Sequence record: SRR20825019_1298 | Length of the DNA: 64,000 bases | Direction: 5' to 3' (one strand) | Shown: piece by piece, positions 1 through 10,516 of the stretch | Numbering within the stretch: position 1 is the stretch's first letter | Layout: each line of letters opens with the position of its first letter | Position numbers and translations under genes: made by a program | Notes under the pieces: generated by a model | Told to the model about the DNA's origin: nothing | Databases searched by the model: none | What the model saw: only the letters and a program-made list of their open reading frames with translations

Positions 1-1710
1 GCCCGTAGCCACCTCATAGATAAAGTCATCATACGAGGTGTAAAAGCCGTTCAGTACAAAGCTAAATGGACCTGTCGCATAGTTGAAGGTGGCCTCTAAC
101 CCCAAGGCCGTTTCCAGGCCCAGAGTTGCATCGCCAAGCTCGTAGGCGCCCGTGGCAAGGTGGGGACCATTTGAAAACAGCTCTTCAGTTGAAGGCGCAC
201 GCTCAGTCCTGAACAGTGACAGCCCGACAAAAGCAGCGTCAGAGATATCATATCCAGCGCCCGCCGACAGGCTGATGCCATCAAAGGATCGCCCATCCTG
301 CTCTGATGTTACATCCTCGATAGTATATTTGGTGTGTTCATACCGTGCACCCGCCTCAAACTGCCACGCGCCCGCTGAGAAGTCTTTCACGCTATACAGG
401 CCGTATTGTGTACTCACTGTCGGAGGAACAAACGCTTCTTCGCCAATCGCAGAAAAATCACGACGTTTGATTTGAATGCCTGTTGCCCCGTTCCAGCGTT
501 CACCACCTTTCTCAATCAAATCCAAACGGCCTTCCCAACCTTCGTTGGAAAACACGGTACCAATTTCATCGCCTTCAAGCTCTGTGTGTTTATAATCGGC
601 ATATCCAAATCGAATTTTCGCCTTCTTGAACCAGCCGAAGTCACCATTGAACTCTCCATGCAGGTCATAGCGGATCTGGTCAAGGTCGATGGTCACGGCC
701 TCGTCGTCATGCTCGTCCTCGTGATCGTCGTGGTCTTCATCTTCGTCATGTTCTTCATCATGATGGTGTTCATGGCCACCGGGCACGCCGTAGGTGCTAT
801 CCATCTTGCGAACATTGAAACCAAAAAAACCATTGTCGAAAATGAAGCTCAATCCCGCAGAGCCGCCCTTGCTCTCTGTTGCAGAATTTTCGGCAATACC
901 GAAGACTTCCTCATCCTCGTGTTCTTCATGATCGTCATGGTCATCGTGTTCTTCATCTTCCTCGTGCTCATCGTGCTCTTCTTCCTCTAAAGCCCGAAAA
1001 GCCTCGGATTCTGCGAACCCAGGTATTTTGTAATCGTCGGTTTTGCGGTACATCGCATCACCGTGGAAAACGATATTTGCATCTCCAACACTGCCAATAT
1101 TCGCTGTAATGGCGCCCGTCACCTCATTGCCGTGGTTTACCGTGCTGTGCCCATAACGCACACCGCCATCTACACCGCCTTCCGGTACTGCAGTAGCGAT
1201 CCGGCCGTCAAACACGTTTACCACCCCGCCAGCGGCAGAGCTGCCATACATCAGCATGGCTGTGCCGCGAAGTATTTCGATCCGTTCCGCAAGCGCAGGT
1301 TCAACCGCTACAGCGTGGTCCGGGCTAGTTGACGAGGCATCTATTGATCCAATGCCTGCATCAAGCACCCGAATTCGGTCTCCACCCAGCCCCCTGATAA
1401 TTGGACGGCTGGCGCCGGGACCAAAAAAAGTTGACGACATACCGGGTTGGCGACGTAAAGTTTCGCCAATCGAACCGTCGAGCTGGCGAAGGATTTCCTC
1501 TTTGCGCATGACCGTCGCACCCAGGATCGTTTCTCCGAGCTTTCGCCCCTCAAACGCACCTGAAACTACGATCTCTTCAAGCTGTTCATCAAGTGGTGGC
1601 GCCAAAGCCAGCGTCCCTGTTGTCGGGACAGTGGCGAATGTCACCGCAACTGTTGCAAGCAGGCGTTTCTTGTTGTTGCGATATATTGATTTGATTATTT
1701 TACTGGACAT
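1..1710 (-). CDS. TonB-dependent receptor, ZnuD-like (zinc/metal uptake); 3' end runs off the window
   Basis: Manual translation from ATG at 1710 is open to base 1. Signal peptide, TonB box-like LEEIVVSG, plug motifs GPGASRPIIRG and RIEILRG..LMYGSSA.GGVVN, two His/Asp/Glu-rich inserts, later ERAPSTEELFSNGPHLATG typical of ZnuD-like receptors. SD-like CAGGA upstream. Confidence 0.92.
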   Translation of the reverse strand, partial: MSSKIIKSIYRNNKKRLLATVAVTFATVPTTGTLALAPPLDEQLEEIVVSGAFEGRKLGETILGATVMRKEEILRQLDGSIGETLRRQPGMSSTFFGPGASRPIIRGLGGDRIRVLDAGIGSIDASSTSPDHAVAVEPALAERIEILRGTAMLMYGSSAAGGVVNVFDGRIATAVPEGGVDGGVRYGHSTVNHGNEVTGAITANIGSVGDANIVFHGDAMYRKTDDYKIPGFAESEAFRALEEEEHDEHEEDEEHDDHDDHEEHEDEEVFGIAENSATESKGGSAGLSFIFDNGFFGFNVRKMDSTYGVPGGHEHHHDEEHDEDEDHDDHEDEHDDEAVTIDLDQIRYDLHGEFNGDFGWFKKAKIRFGYADYKHTELEGDEIGTVFSNEGWEGRLDLIEKGGERWNGATGIQIKRRDFSAIGEEAFVPPTVSTQYGLYSVKDFSAGAWQFEAGARYEHTKYTIEDVTSEQDGRSFDGISLSAGAGYDISDAAFVGLSLFRTERAPSTEELFSNGPHLATGAYELGDATLGLETALGLEATFNYATGPFSFVLNGFYTSYDDFIYEVATG

Positions 1711-1738
1711 GGTTGTTTCCTGTAACCCTGATTTACGG

Positions 1739-1770
1739 TGTTGACAGTGAGTCCTCTCACTGGGCCAACA
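1739..1770 (-). other. Intergenic stem-loop between RAPP leader and receptor
   Basis: Minus strand UGUUGG-CC-CAGUGAG-AGGA-CUCACUG-UCAACA: 13 bp with a 2-nt bulge and no U-tract. Confidence 0.7.
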
Positions 1771-1788
1771 AAACTGAATTTTCGGTAT

Positions 1789-2124
1789 TTAAAGGGGGGT
1801 TACAAAGGATGGCGGCGCGCGGATCGCACCAATGCTGTCAAGAAATATGCGGCTTAGGCTACGAAGCGCTATTACCCATGTCACCTGCTCATTTTCTGGC
1901 AGGATCAGGTTTGTGCTTTGGGGCTTAAGCGTTGGGGTTTGATCAGAAAATTTGCACAATGCACAAACACGGTCATAAGGCGCGTCGACCTCATGATCTG
2001 AAACGTGTGCGCTCGCTGCAGCTGTTACCACAAAATATGCAATAACCGCGAATAGCCGAATGCCGATTTGAAAGAATGAGCCCTGTCTCACTACCTGTCT
2101 CTTAACTCTGATTATAACGGCCAT
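1789..2124 (-). CDS. DUF2946-like leader / putative RAPP ribosome-arrest peptide (alternative GTG start at 2091)
   Basis: N-terminal hydrophobic segment, HxxxH, CALC (CxxC), RAPP near the C-terminus, directly upstream of a TonB-dependent receptor. Confidence 0.8.
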   Translation of the reverse strand: MAVIIRVKRQVVRQGSFFQIGIRLFAVIAYFVVTAAASAHVSDHEVDAPYDRVCALCKFSDQTPTLKPQSTNLILPENEQVTWVIALRSLSRIFLDSIGAIRAPPSFVTPL

Positions 2125-2206
2125 AAGTCAATTCAGGACTTACAGCAGCTCCGGCGCAGCAAATAGCCGCGCCAATCCCCAACTTAAATATTGTGGGGTA
2201 AAGTAA

Positions 2207-2530
2207 TCAGAGAGAGGGCGGGCCACGCGCGCTCGCGCACGCCTTGAATGATGGGCAAGGAACGGAAGCCGTATCGGCCACATAGAAAATATGCCAATCC
2301 GGTGCCGCGAGTTGAGCAACAGGTTTCGCTGCATCAACGTCCGGTGTGTGCTTGCAAGCCGTTGCAATGATGCAAGGGTGACCATCGTGGGTATGTTCGC
2401 TATCAGCAAAGGCCGCCGCATGCGCGCTTGCAATGAGCTGTGCCGCAACAAAAAGCATAGCCAGCCATGGGGCAACCCTCGTCAGACCCAAACGGCCAAT
2501 ACTGTTTTCTATGTTGCGCGGCGATTTCAT
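2207..2530 (-). CDS. DUF2946-like leader / putative RGPP ribosome-arrest peptide
   Basis: Signal or TM segment, EHTHDGHPCIIATAC His/Cys cluster, C-terminal ARGPPSL-stop. Confidence 0.8.
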   Translation of the reverse strand: MKSPRNIENSIGRLGLTRVAPWLAMLFVAAQLIASAHAAAFADSEHTHDGHPCIIATACKHTPDVDAAKPVAQLAAPDWHIFYVADTASVPCPSFKACASARGPPSL

Positions 2531-2571
2531 CGTCCGTACGGATCTTCCTAAAAGGATACAATATCTTGGGG

Positions 2572-2600
2572 AATTTACGCTATAATATTACGCGTTTCAA
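2572..2600 (-). promoter_or_regulatory. sigma70 promoter with Zur-like operator in the spacer
   Basis: Minus strand TTGAAA-N17-TAAATT. The spacer contains GTAATATTATAGC (2579-2591), 2 mismatches from the Zur core GTTATAnTATAAC. Confidence 0.7.
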
Positions 2601-2628
2601 GCCTTAGTGAAATGCCCTAGAATCTGGC

Positions 2629-4443
<1,815 letters not shown>

Positions 4444-4534
4444 AAACTCTCAGTAAACAGGTTGACCGAAAAGATCTTCAGTCAAAGATTACTTGCATGC
4501 GACCGCAGACGCAACCAACAGATGTCCTGATACC

Positions 4535-5293
4535 TCAGAACTGTACGCGGGCCAAGAAGCCGCCATCAACCACGAGGTTCGCGCGTGTTACCCAACTGGC
4601 CGCCGGACTGGCCAGAAACGCGACACAATTTGCAACCTCATCTACAGAGCCTAGGCGGCCCATGGGGTGCTTGGAAACCGTCGCATCATAGGCTTCCTGG
4701 TTGGTGTGTTGCACCGTGCCCCAGAATCCATCATCAACATGAATGGGGCCCGGCGATACAGTGTTCACCCTCACTCCGTGTGGAGCTGCGGCCGCTCCAA
4801 GCTGACTGGCGTAGGATATCAGCCCTGCCTTGACCGTATTGTACGCTGACGGGCCACCAAAAGCCTCGAGGCCAGCAATACTGGCAATGACGACGATCGC
4901 CCCGCTACCGGACGTCGCCAAATAAGGCAAAGCAAGATCACAGCCCCGCACTGTGGCCATCAGGTCAACGTCGAATGCAGCCTGCCAGCCTTCTTCGCCC
5001 GCCTGCGCACCGCCACTCACGTTTGGTATAAATATATCAATGCCACCAAGTGCTTCGGCAGACGTTTGAATCCATCGAGTCAATGCATTACTGTCAGACA
5101 CGTCACACGCTGCTCCGACAACGCTATGCCCCTCAGCCTGCAAGGTATTGCTTACTTCCGAGACCTCATTTGGGTTCCTTGCACAAAAGGCTACACTCGC
5201 CCCCTCTGCAACAAAGCGCCGCACTATTGCCGCACCAATGCCACGGCTTCCCCCGGTCACGAGTACGCGTTTACCCTTCAGGCCAAGATCCAT
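4535..5293 (-). CDS. SDR family oxidoreductase
   Basis: TGGSRGIG, YNTVK catalytic motif. Confidence 0.93.
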   Translation of the reverse strand: MDLGLKGKRVLVTGGSRGIGAAIVRRFVAEGASVAFCARNPNEVSEVSNTLQAEGHSVVGAACDVSDSNALTRWIQTSAEALGGIDIFIPNVSGGAQAGEEGWQAAFDVDLMATVRGCDLALPYLATSGSGAIVVIASIAGLEAFGGPSAYNTVKAGLISYASQLGAAAAPHGVRVNTVSPGPIHVDDGFWGTVQHTNQEAYDATVSKHPMGRLGSVDEVANCVAFLASPAASWVTRANLVVDGGFLARVQF

Positions 5294-5315
5294 GCAGCGC
5301 TCCTCTTATATGTAT

Positions 5316-7025
5316 TTAGCTAATTGCGGCCTCAGCATGCGCGAGGTCACGCAGTTCACGCCGCAACACCTTGCCGACAGGCGACTTGGGCAGTTCATCT
5401 ACAAAACAGATGACCTTCGGTACTTTGTATCCCGTCAAATGTTCCCGGCAATGAGCAATCACGTCATTTTCTGAAAGCCCCTGGTCCTTACGGACAATGT
5501 AGGCAACGACCTTTTCACCGCTTTCTTCATCTGGCGCGCCAACAACGGCTGCTTCGGCTACCCTATCGCACCGAGTTAAAACATCTTCAATATCAGTAGG
5601 ATAGACATTGAAACCGGAAACAATGACCATGTCTTTCTTACGATCAACAATCGAAAGATAGCCTTCATCATCAATGACAGCCACATCGCCCGTCAACAAC
5701 CAGCCATCTTCTGTGATCGTCATTGAAGTGGCTTCCGGGTTATTCAGATACCCTCGCATGATCTGCGGGCCGCGGATCAGGAGCTCGCCCGGCTCGCCCT
5801 GAGGCATGTCTTGGCCGTCTTCACCCAGAATCCGAATTTCAGTGCCCGGAATAGGAATGCCACACGTGCCCCTTTTGGGCGGGCGGTCAAACGGCATTGA
5901 AGAAACCACACAGGTTCCTTCGGTCAGCCCGTAGCCTTCATAGATGAACGCACCCGTCAGGTCTTCCCATCTTTTTGCTGTCGCAGGCTGTAGTGGTGCG
6001 GCACCAGAAAAACAGAGCCGGAGATTTTTGGGAGGGTTCTCAACAAACCATTTTTCTTGCAAAAGCCCCAGATAGAGCGTGTTTACACCGGGCATAATCG
6101 TAATATTGAATTTCTCGAATACAGGTTTGAGGTTCAAGAGCGGCCGCGGAACTGGCACCAGCACCACGTGGGTACCAGTGTACATGCTGTTGAGCATGCC
6201 AACCGCCAACGCATAGACGTGATAGAGCGGCAGCACGAGCATCAGATGGTCACCATCTTCGCGCTCCAACCCGTCATCGCGCTTATTTGCCTGAGAGATA
6301 TTGCTAACCACATTGCCGTGCGTAAGCTCCGCCCCCTTGCTCCGCCCCGTCGTACCACCTGTATATTGATAAATAGCGTTCGTATCAGTGCCCGCACCGT
6401 CCCGGTAAGCGCGCACGTTCGCACCTTGGGCTAGGTGTTTTTCCCCCGCCTTAAGCACGGATGCCAATGTTCCGGCCGTGGTCGCATTCTTTGCAGGTAC
6501 TGCTTTCTTCACGTATTTCAGCGCAAAGCCAAGCAAGGCTCTAGGCAAACCAGGGAAGAGATCAACAAGCGAGAGTGTGTAAACGCGCTCAACCTTGGTC
6601 CCGTCGACAGATTGTTTGATACGGTCGCCAAACACATCAATCACAAACCAGACCTTTGCGCCACTGTCCTTCAGTTGGTGGTTGGTTTCATCCGGCGTGT
6701 ATAGCGGGTTCACGTTGGTGGCGATAAGCCCTGCCTTAAGAATACCAAACGCCAGAACTGGATAGGCGAGTGTATTGGGGCACTGGATCGCTACCACATC
6801 ACCGGGTTTTAACCCCAAGTCCTCACGCAGATAAGCTGCCACAGCGTCTGAGTGGCGCCCGATATCACTGAACGATAATGTATGCGAATGGCCTGTTGGT
6901 AAAATGCAGCTGACAGACGGCTTGTCCCCGTGCTCTTCAACACAGATGTCAACCAACTCCCCAAGATGCCCTGCAAGCATGTCTTCCGAGGTAAAGGACA
7001 CCCCATTCATAACTGCACCTTCCAT
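5316..7025 (-). CDS. Long-chain fatty acid--CoA ligase (FadD/PimA-like)
   Basis: YTGGTTGRSKG, EGYGLTE, TGD, RKKDMVIVSGFNVYP, PKSPVGK. Start chosen after a GGGAG SD. Confidence 0.92.
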   Translation of the reverse strand: MEGAVMNGVSFTSEDMLAGHLGELVDICVEEHGDKPSVSCILPTGHSHTLSFSDIGRHSDAVAAYLREDLGLKPGDVVAIQCPNTLAYPVLAFGILKAGLIATNVNPLYTPDETNHQLKDSGAKVWFVIDVFGDRIKQSVDGTKVERVYTLSLVDLFPGLPRALLGFALKYVKKAVPAKNATTAGTLASVLKAGEKHLAQGANVRAYRDGAGTDTNAIYQYTGGTTGRSKGAELTHGNVVSNISQANKRDDGLEREDGDHLMLVLPLYHVYALAVGMLNSMYTGTHVVLVPVPRPLLNLKPVFEKFNITIMPGVNTLYLGLLQEKWFVENPPKNLRLCFSGAAPLQPATAKRWEDLTGAFIYEGYGLTEGTCVVSSMPFDRPPKRGTCGIPIPGTEIRILGEDGQDMPQGEPGELLIRGPQIMRGYLNNPEATSMTITEDGWLLTGDVAVIDDEGYLSIVDRKKDMVIVSGFNVYPTDIEDVLTRCDRVAEAAVVGAPDEESGEKVVAYIVRKDQGLSENDVIAHCREHLTGYKVPKVICFVDELPKSPVGKVLRRELRDLAHAEAAIS

Positions 7026-7058
7026 TATATCTCCCACTCCCTACTTCATAGTAACTCA

Positions 7059-8126
7059 TTATTCTGGTGCGGCTTCAAGCCTTTCCAGCAGTAAATCTGG
7101 CTTTTCCAGCATTGTCGATAGCTCGTCCGCCAGACGGTAACTTTCATCAACTACCCTGCGCCAATAAGGTTTACGCTCCGTATCTTCCATCTCGGAAAAA
7201 TTCTTCCTGTCCGGAATACGGCCATATGGCAGTGATGCGACAAACTCTTCGCTCGGCGCTAATACAAGCTGTTGATCAAGTACCTTTGCTCCGGCTTTTC
7301 GGTTCCTACGCATCTTGTCAAACCACCCCGGCACCAGATGGCTGTAGAAGTGCGGATATAAAACAATCCCGTCCTCATAAGTCCAAGGTATGTCAAAGTG
7401 GTAGTCAATCACGCCGCCATCCCGGTACACCCCTTTGGGTGCACCCTCAATATCCACGACAGGGTCAACCGCGAAGGGTATAGAGCCAGACGCCATCAAA
7501 GCATCATGCAGTGAAGCTGGCACCAGTTTCGCATCGATGCGGTCAAAATCTCGCCAAAGCTCTGAACACGCAACACTCTCGCCGCTATAAAAAACAGCGC
7601 GTTTAAAAAAAGTACTTAGAGTGGCACGACTTACGGCATTAAGCGAGGCAGCTGCCAACAGCCCTGCCCCTTCCACAACACGTGAACTACTTGCCGTTGG
7701 TCCAACGCAGCGCACTGCAACGATGTTGAGGTTTCTTTTAGGGTTTGTGATGATCTGCCTGCAAACCTCTGGGCCCATGACCTTGTTTAATATCGCATAG
7801 GAGGCTTGGGTAACTGCCTGTGGGCTCGCACCGTCTTCCTTCCGATAGCCAAAATAAGCCTCTTCGAAACGCTTGAACATCAAGGCTGGATCAGGGTGAC
7901 TTGCGATTGTCATGCGCCATGCGCCGATTGAGGACCCCACCATATCAATATGACTGTCGGTCTGAGACAACCAGGAGCCAAAGATGAATTGATCCAGCCC
8001 TCGGAGCACCAGCCATTTCGGGCCACCAGACGCACCAACGACCATGCGCACCAAATCTGGCGTCAATCCGTTTGCTTCAATTCTCTTACGTGCAGTTTTC
8101 CCGGCAACCAGTCTAAGGGCCTTCAT
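7059..8126 (-). CDS. Patatin-like phospholipase family protein
   Basis: GASGGPK glycine-rich loop, GSSIG nucleophile, DGG motif. Start at MKALR after a GGGGAG SD. Confidence 0.8.
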   Translation of the reverse strand: MKALRLVAGKTARKRIEANGLTPDLVRMVVGASGGPKWLVLRGLDQFIFGSWLSQTDSHIDMVGSSIGAWRMTIASHPDPALMFKRFEEAYFGYRKEDGASPQAVTQASYAILNKVMGPEVCRQIITNPKRNLNIVAVRCVGPTASSSRVVEGAGLLAAASLNAVSRATLSTFFKRAVFYSGESVACSELWRDFDRIDAKLVPASLHDALMASGSIPFAVDPVVDIEGAPKGVYRDGGVIDYHFDIPWTYEDGIVLYPHFYSHLVPGWFDKMRRNRKAGAKVLDQQLVLAPSEEFVASLPYGRIPDRKNFSEMEDTERKPYWRRVVDESYRLADELSTMLEKPDLLLERLEAAPE

Positions 8127-8271
8127 AACTCCCCAATCTCCTTTGATAAGAGAAAATATATGGCCCGACGACTTTTTCAAGACTAAGCAGTCCAGAAATT
8201 GCTTTTTAGCAAAAATAAAGGGCCGCGAGCACGTTATTGCATTCGGCGGCCCTTGTATCACTCAATTGGCT

Positions 8272-9246
8272 TTATGGCTTGAGGATAACCTTACCTTTTG
8301 CACGACGTTCGCTCAGGCACGCAAAGGCTTCAACCACGTCTTCAAGGCCAAATACGTCGTTCACGAGTGGGTCTATCGTCCCCTTATCAAACATCTTGAA
8401 CATCTCCATCGTGTTCTGGACTTGAATCTTGGGGTTAGCTCGCGCCCAGTTGCCCCAGAAGACACCGACGATGGAGCATTGCTTTAACAGGCAGAGGTTC
8501 AGTGGTGGGCGCGGTATGTCACCTGCAGCGAAGCCTATGACAAGATGCCTGCCGCCTGCGGCCATAGTACGAAGCGCTATCTCCGTATAGTCACCACCCA
8601 CAGGGTCATAAATAACGTCCACACCCTTGCCGCCTGTGATCTCTTTCACACGGGCTTTCAGGTCTTCGTTAGAATAGTTAATCAGATGGTCAGCGCCGGT
8701 TTTCTTGCAAACTTCAAGCTTTTCATCGCTGCTTGCCGCCGCGATAACCTCAGCGCCCATGGCTTTACCAAGCTCAACCGTCGCAAGCCCAACGCCGCCA
8801 GCCGCACCCAGCACCAAAAGCGTCTCACCCGACTGTATGGCTGCACGCTGTTTGAGCGCATGATAGCTTGTGGCATAGGTAATAGTGAAGCCGGCGGCCA
8901 CTTCAAACGGCATCTTGTCCGGCATAGGAACTAGCGTGAGCGCAGGTGCAGCGATTTTTTCCGCAAAGGCGCCGGTCTGGTTAAAGAAAATGACCCGATC
9001 ACCGACTTTGACGTTGGTGACACCCTCACCCAGCGCTTCAACAATGCCTGCTCCTTCCCCACCTGGGGTGAACGGTAAATCGGGCTGGAACTGATATTTA
9101 CCCGCAACCATCAGGATATCAGGAAAGTTGAGGCCGCCAGCCTTCACGTCGATGAGCACTTCACCTTTACCCGGCGTTGGTACAGCAATGTCTTCAACAA
9201 CGAGCTTCTCGTGCGAGCCAAGCGCATGACATCTTACTGCTTTCAT
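8272..9246 (-). CDS. NADPH:quinone oxidoreductase family (MDR) protein
   Basis: GLNFPD, PFTPGGE, GAAGGVG motifs. Confidence 0.93.
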   Translation of the reverse strand: MKAVRCHALGSHEKLVVEDIAVPTPGKGEVLIDVKAGGLNFPDILMVAGKYQFQPDLPFTPGGEGAGIVEALGEGVTNVKVGDRVIFFNQTGAFAEKIAAPALTLVPMPDKMPFEVAAGFTITYATSYHALKQRAAIQSGETLLVLGAAGGVGLATVELGKAMGAEVIAAASSDEKLEVCKKTGADHLINYSNEDLKARVKEITGGKGVDVIYDPVGGDYTEIALRTMAAGGRHLVIGFAAGDIPRPPLNLCLLKQCSIVGVFWGNWARANPKIQVQNTMEMFKMFDKGTIDPLVNDVFGLEDVVEAFACLSERRAKGKVILKP

Positions 9247-9270
9247 GTTTATTCTCCCTCAAACAAACAA

Positions 9271-9302
9271 GGCGGACAGCGCACGATATCGCCGCGTCCG
9301 CC
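9271..9302 (-). terminator. Stem-loop after thiolase (terminator or mRNA stabiliser)
   Basis: GGCGGAC...GTCCGCC inverted repeat followed on the minus strand by TTGTTTGTTT. Confidence 0.55.
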
Positions 9303-9323
9303 CCTGATTGTCTATTATTATCC

Positions 9324-10505
9324 TTATGCGACTTCGAACAGACCCGCAGCGCCCATGCCGCCACCAACACACATGGTGCAGACGACATATTTCGCACCCC
9401 GGCGCTTACCTTCGATCAGCGCGTGACCAACCATGCGTGCACCGGACATACCGTAAGGGTGTCCGATAGAGATAGCACCGCCGTTAACGTTCAGGAGGTC
9501 ATTCGGGATACCAAGCTTGTCGCGGCAATAAAGCACTTGCACCGCAAACGCCTCATTCAGCTCCCACAAGCCAATATCATCCATCTTGAGGCCATTTTTC
9601 TCAAGAAGCTTTGGAATTGCATACACTGGGCCAATTCCCATTTCATCTGGCTCGAGGCCTGCAACCGCAATACCGCGATAGTAGCCAAGCGGATTAAGGC
9701 CGCGTTTTTCGGCTTCCTTCGCTTCCATTACCACAGCAGCAGACGAGCCGTCAGACAGTTGGCTGGCATTACCAGCCGTAATCGTCCCGCCTTCAATGAC
9801 AGTTTTCAGCCCAGAAAGGCCCTCAATCGTGGTCTCAGGGCGGTTGCCTTCGTCCTTCTCGAGCTTCACATCATGGAAGGTCATCTCTTTGGTTTCTTTG
9901 TTTACCTGCACCATCTTGGTAGCGATAGGCACAATCTCGTCATCAAACTTGCCAGCTAACTGTGCGGCGGCTGTGCGCTGCTGTGACTGCAGGCTATATT
10001 CATCCATCGCATCGCGGCTAATGCCGTAACGATCAGCAACAACCTCAGCAGTTTGCAGCATCGGCATGTAGGTGTGAGGGTGCATCTCAACCAAGCTTTT
10101 GTCGATCACTTGCCAGCGGTTCATATGCTCGTTCTGCACCACAGAGATACTGTCAAGACCACCACCGACAGCAATATCCATCCCATCATGCATGACCTGC
10201 TTTGCAGCCGTCGCAATCGCCATCATGCCGCTTGAACACTGACGGTCAATTGTCATTCCTGATACGGTAACAGGGAGGCCTGCCCGAAGTGCTGCAAGGC
10301 GGCCAATATTTGTGCCGGATGAGCCTTGTGTGAGCGCACAGCCCATGATGACATCTTCTACTTCCGCACCTTCAAGGCCTGCGCGCTTGACTGCGTGTGC
10401 GATCGCGTGCCCACCAAGTGTGGGGGCAAGAGTAGCATTAAGAGCGCCTCGATAAGCTTTACCGATTGGCGTCCGCGCCGTTGAAACGATGACTGCTTCC
10501 CGCAT
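9324..10505 (-). CDS. Acetyl-CoA C-acyltransferase (thiolase, PimB-like)
   Basis: [26 protein letters not shown]. Confidence 0.96.
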   Translation of the reverse strand: MREAVIVSTARTPIGKAYRGALNATLAPTLGGHAIAHAVKRAGLEGAEVEDVIMGCALTQGSSGTNIGRLAALRAGLPVTVSGMTIDRQCSSGMMAIATAAKQVMHDGMDIAVGGGLDSISVVQNEHMNRWQVIDKSLVEMHPHTYMPMLQTAEVVADRYGISRDAMDEYSLQSQQRTAAAQLAGKFDDEIVPIATKMVQVNKETKEMTFHDVKLEKDEGNRPETTIEGLSGLKTVIEGGTITAGNASQLSDGSSAAVVMEAKEAEKRGLNPLGYYRGIAVAGLEPDEMGIGPVYAIPKLLEKNGLKMDDIGLWELNEAFAVQVLYCRDKLGIPNDLLNVNGGAISIGHPYGMSGARMVGHALIEGKRRGAKYVVCTMCVGGGMGAAGLFEVA

Positions 10506-10516
10506 TATACTGCTCC

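Noticed and set aside
700-987. Short periodic repeats resembling an array or VNTR
   Set aside because: Degenerate codon repeats within a CDS, with no repeat-spacer structure.
406-990. Plus-strand ORF with very hydrophobic segments
   Set aside because: Antisense shadow of the His/Asp/Glu codons of the receptor gene.
2110-2132. TTGACT...TATAAT on the minus strand as an internal promoter
   Set aside because: Spacer is only 9 nt.
2140-2475. Alternative-frame 111-aa ORF overlapping leader 1
   Set aside because: No motif or SD. The 2207-2530 frame carries the TM, Cys/His cluster and RGPP.
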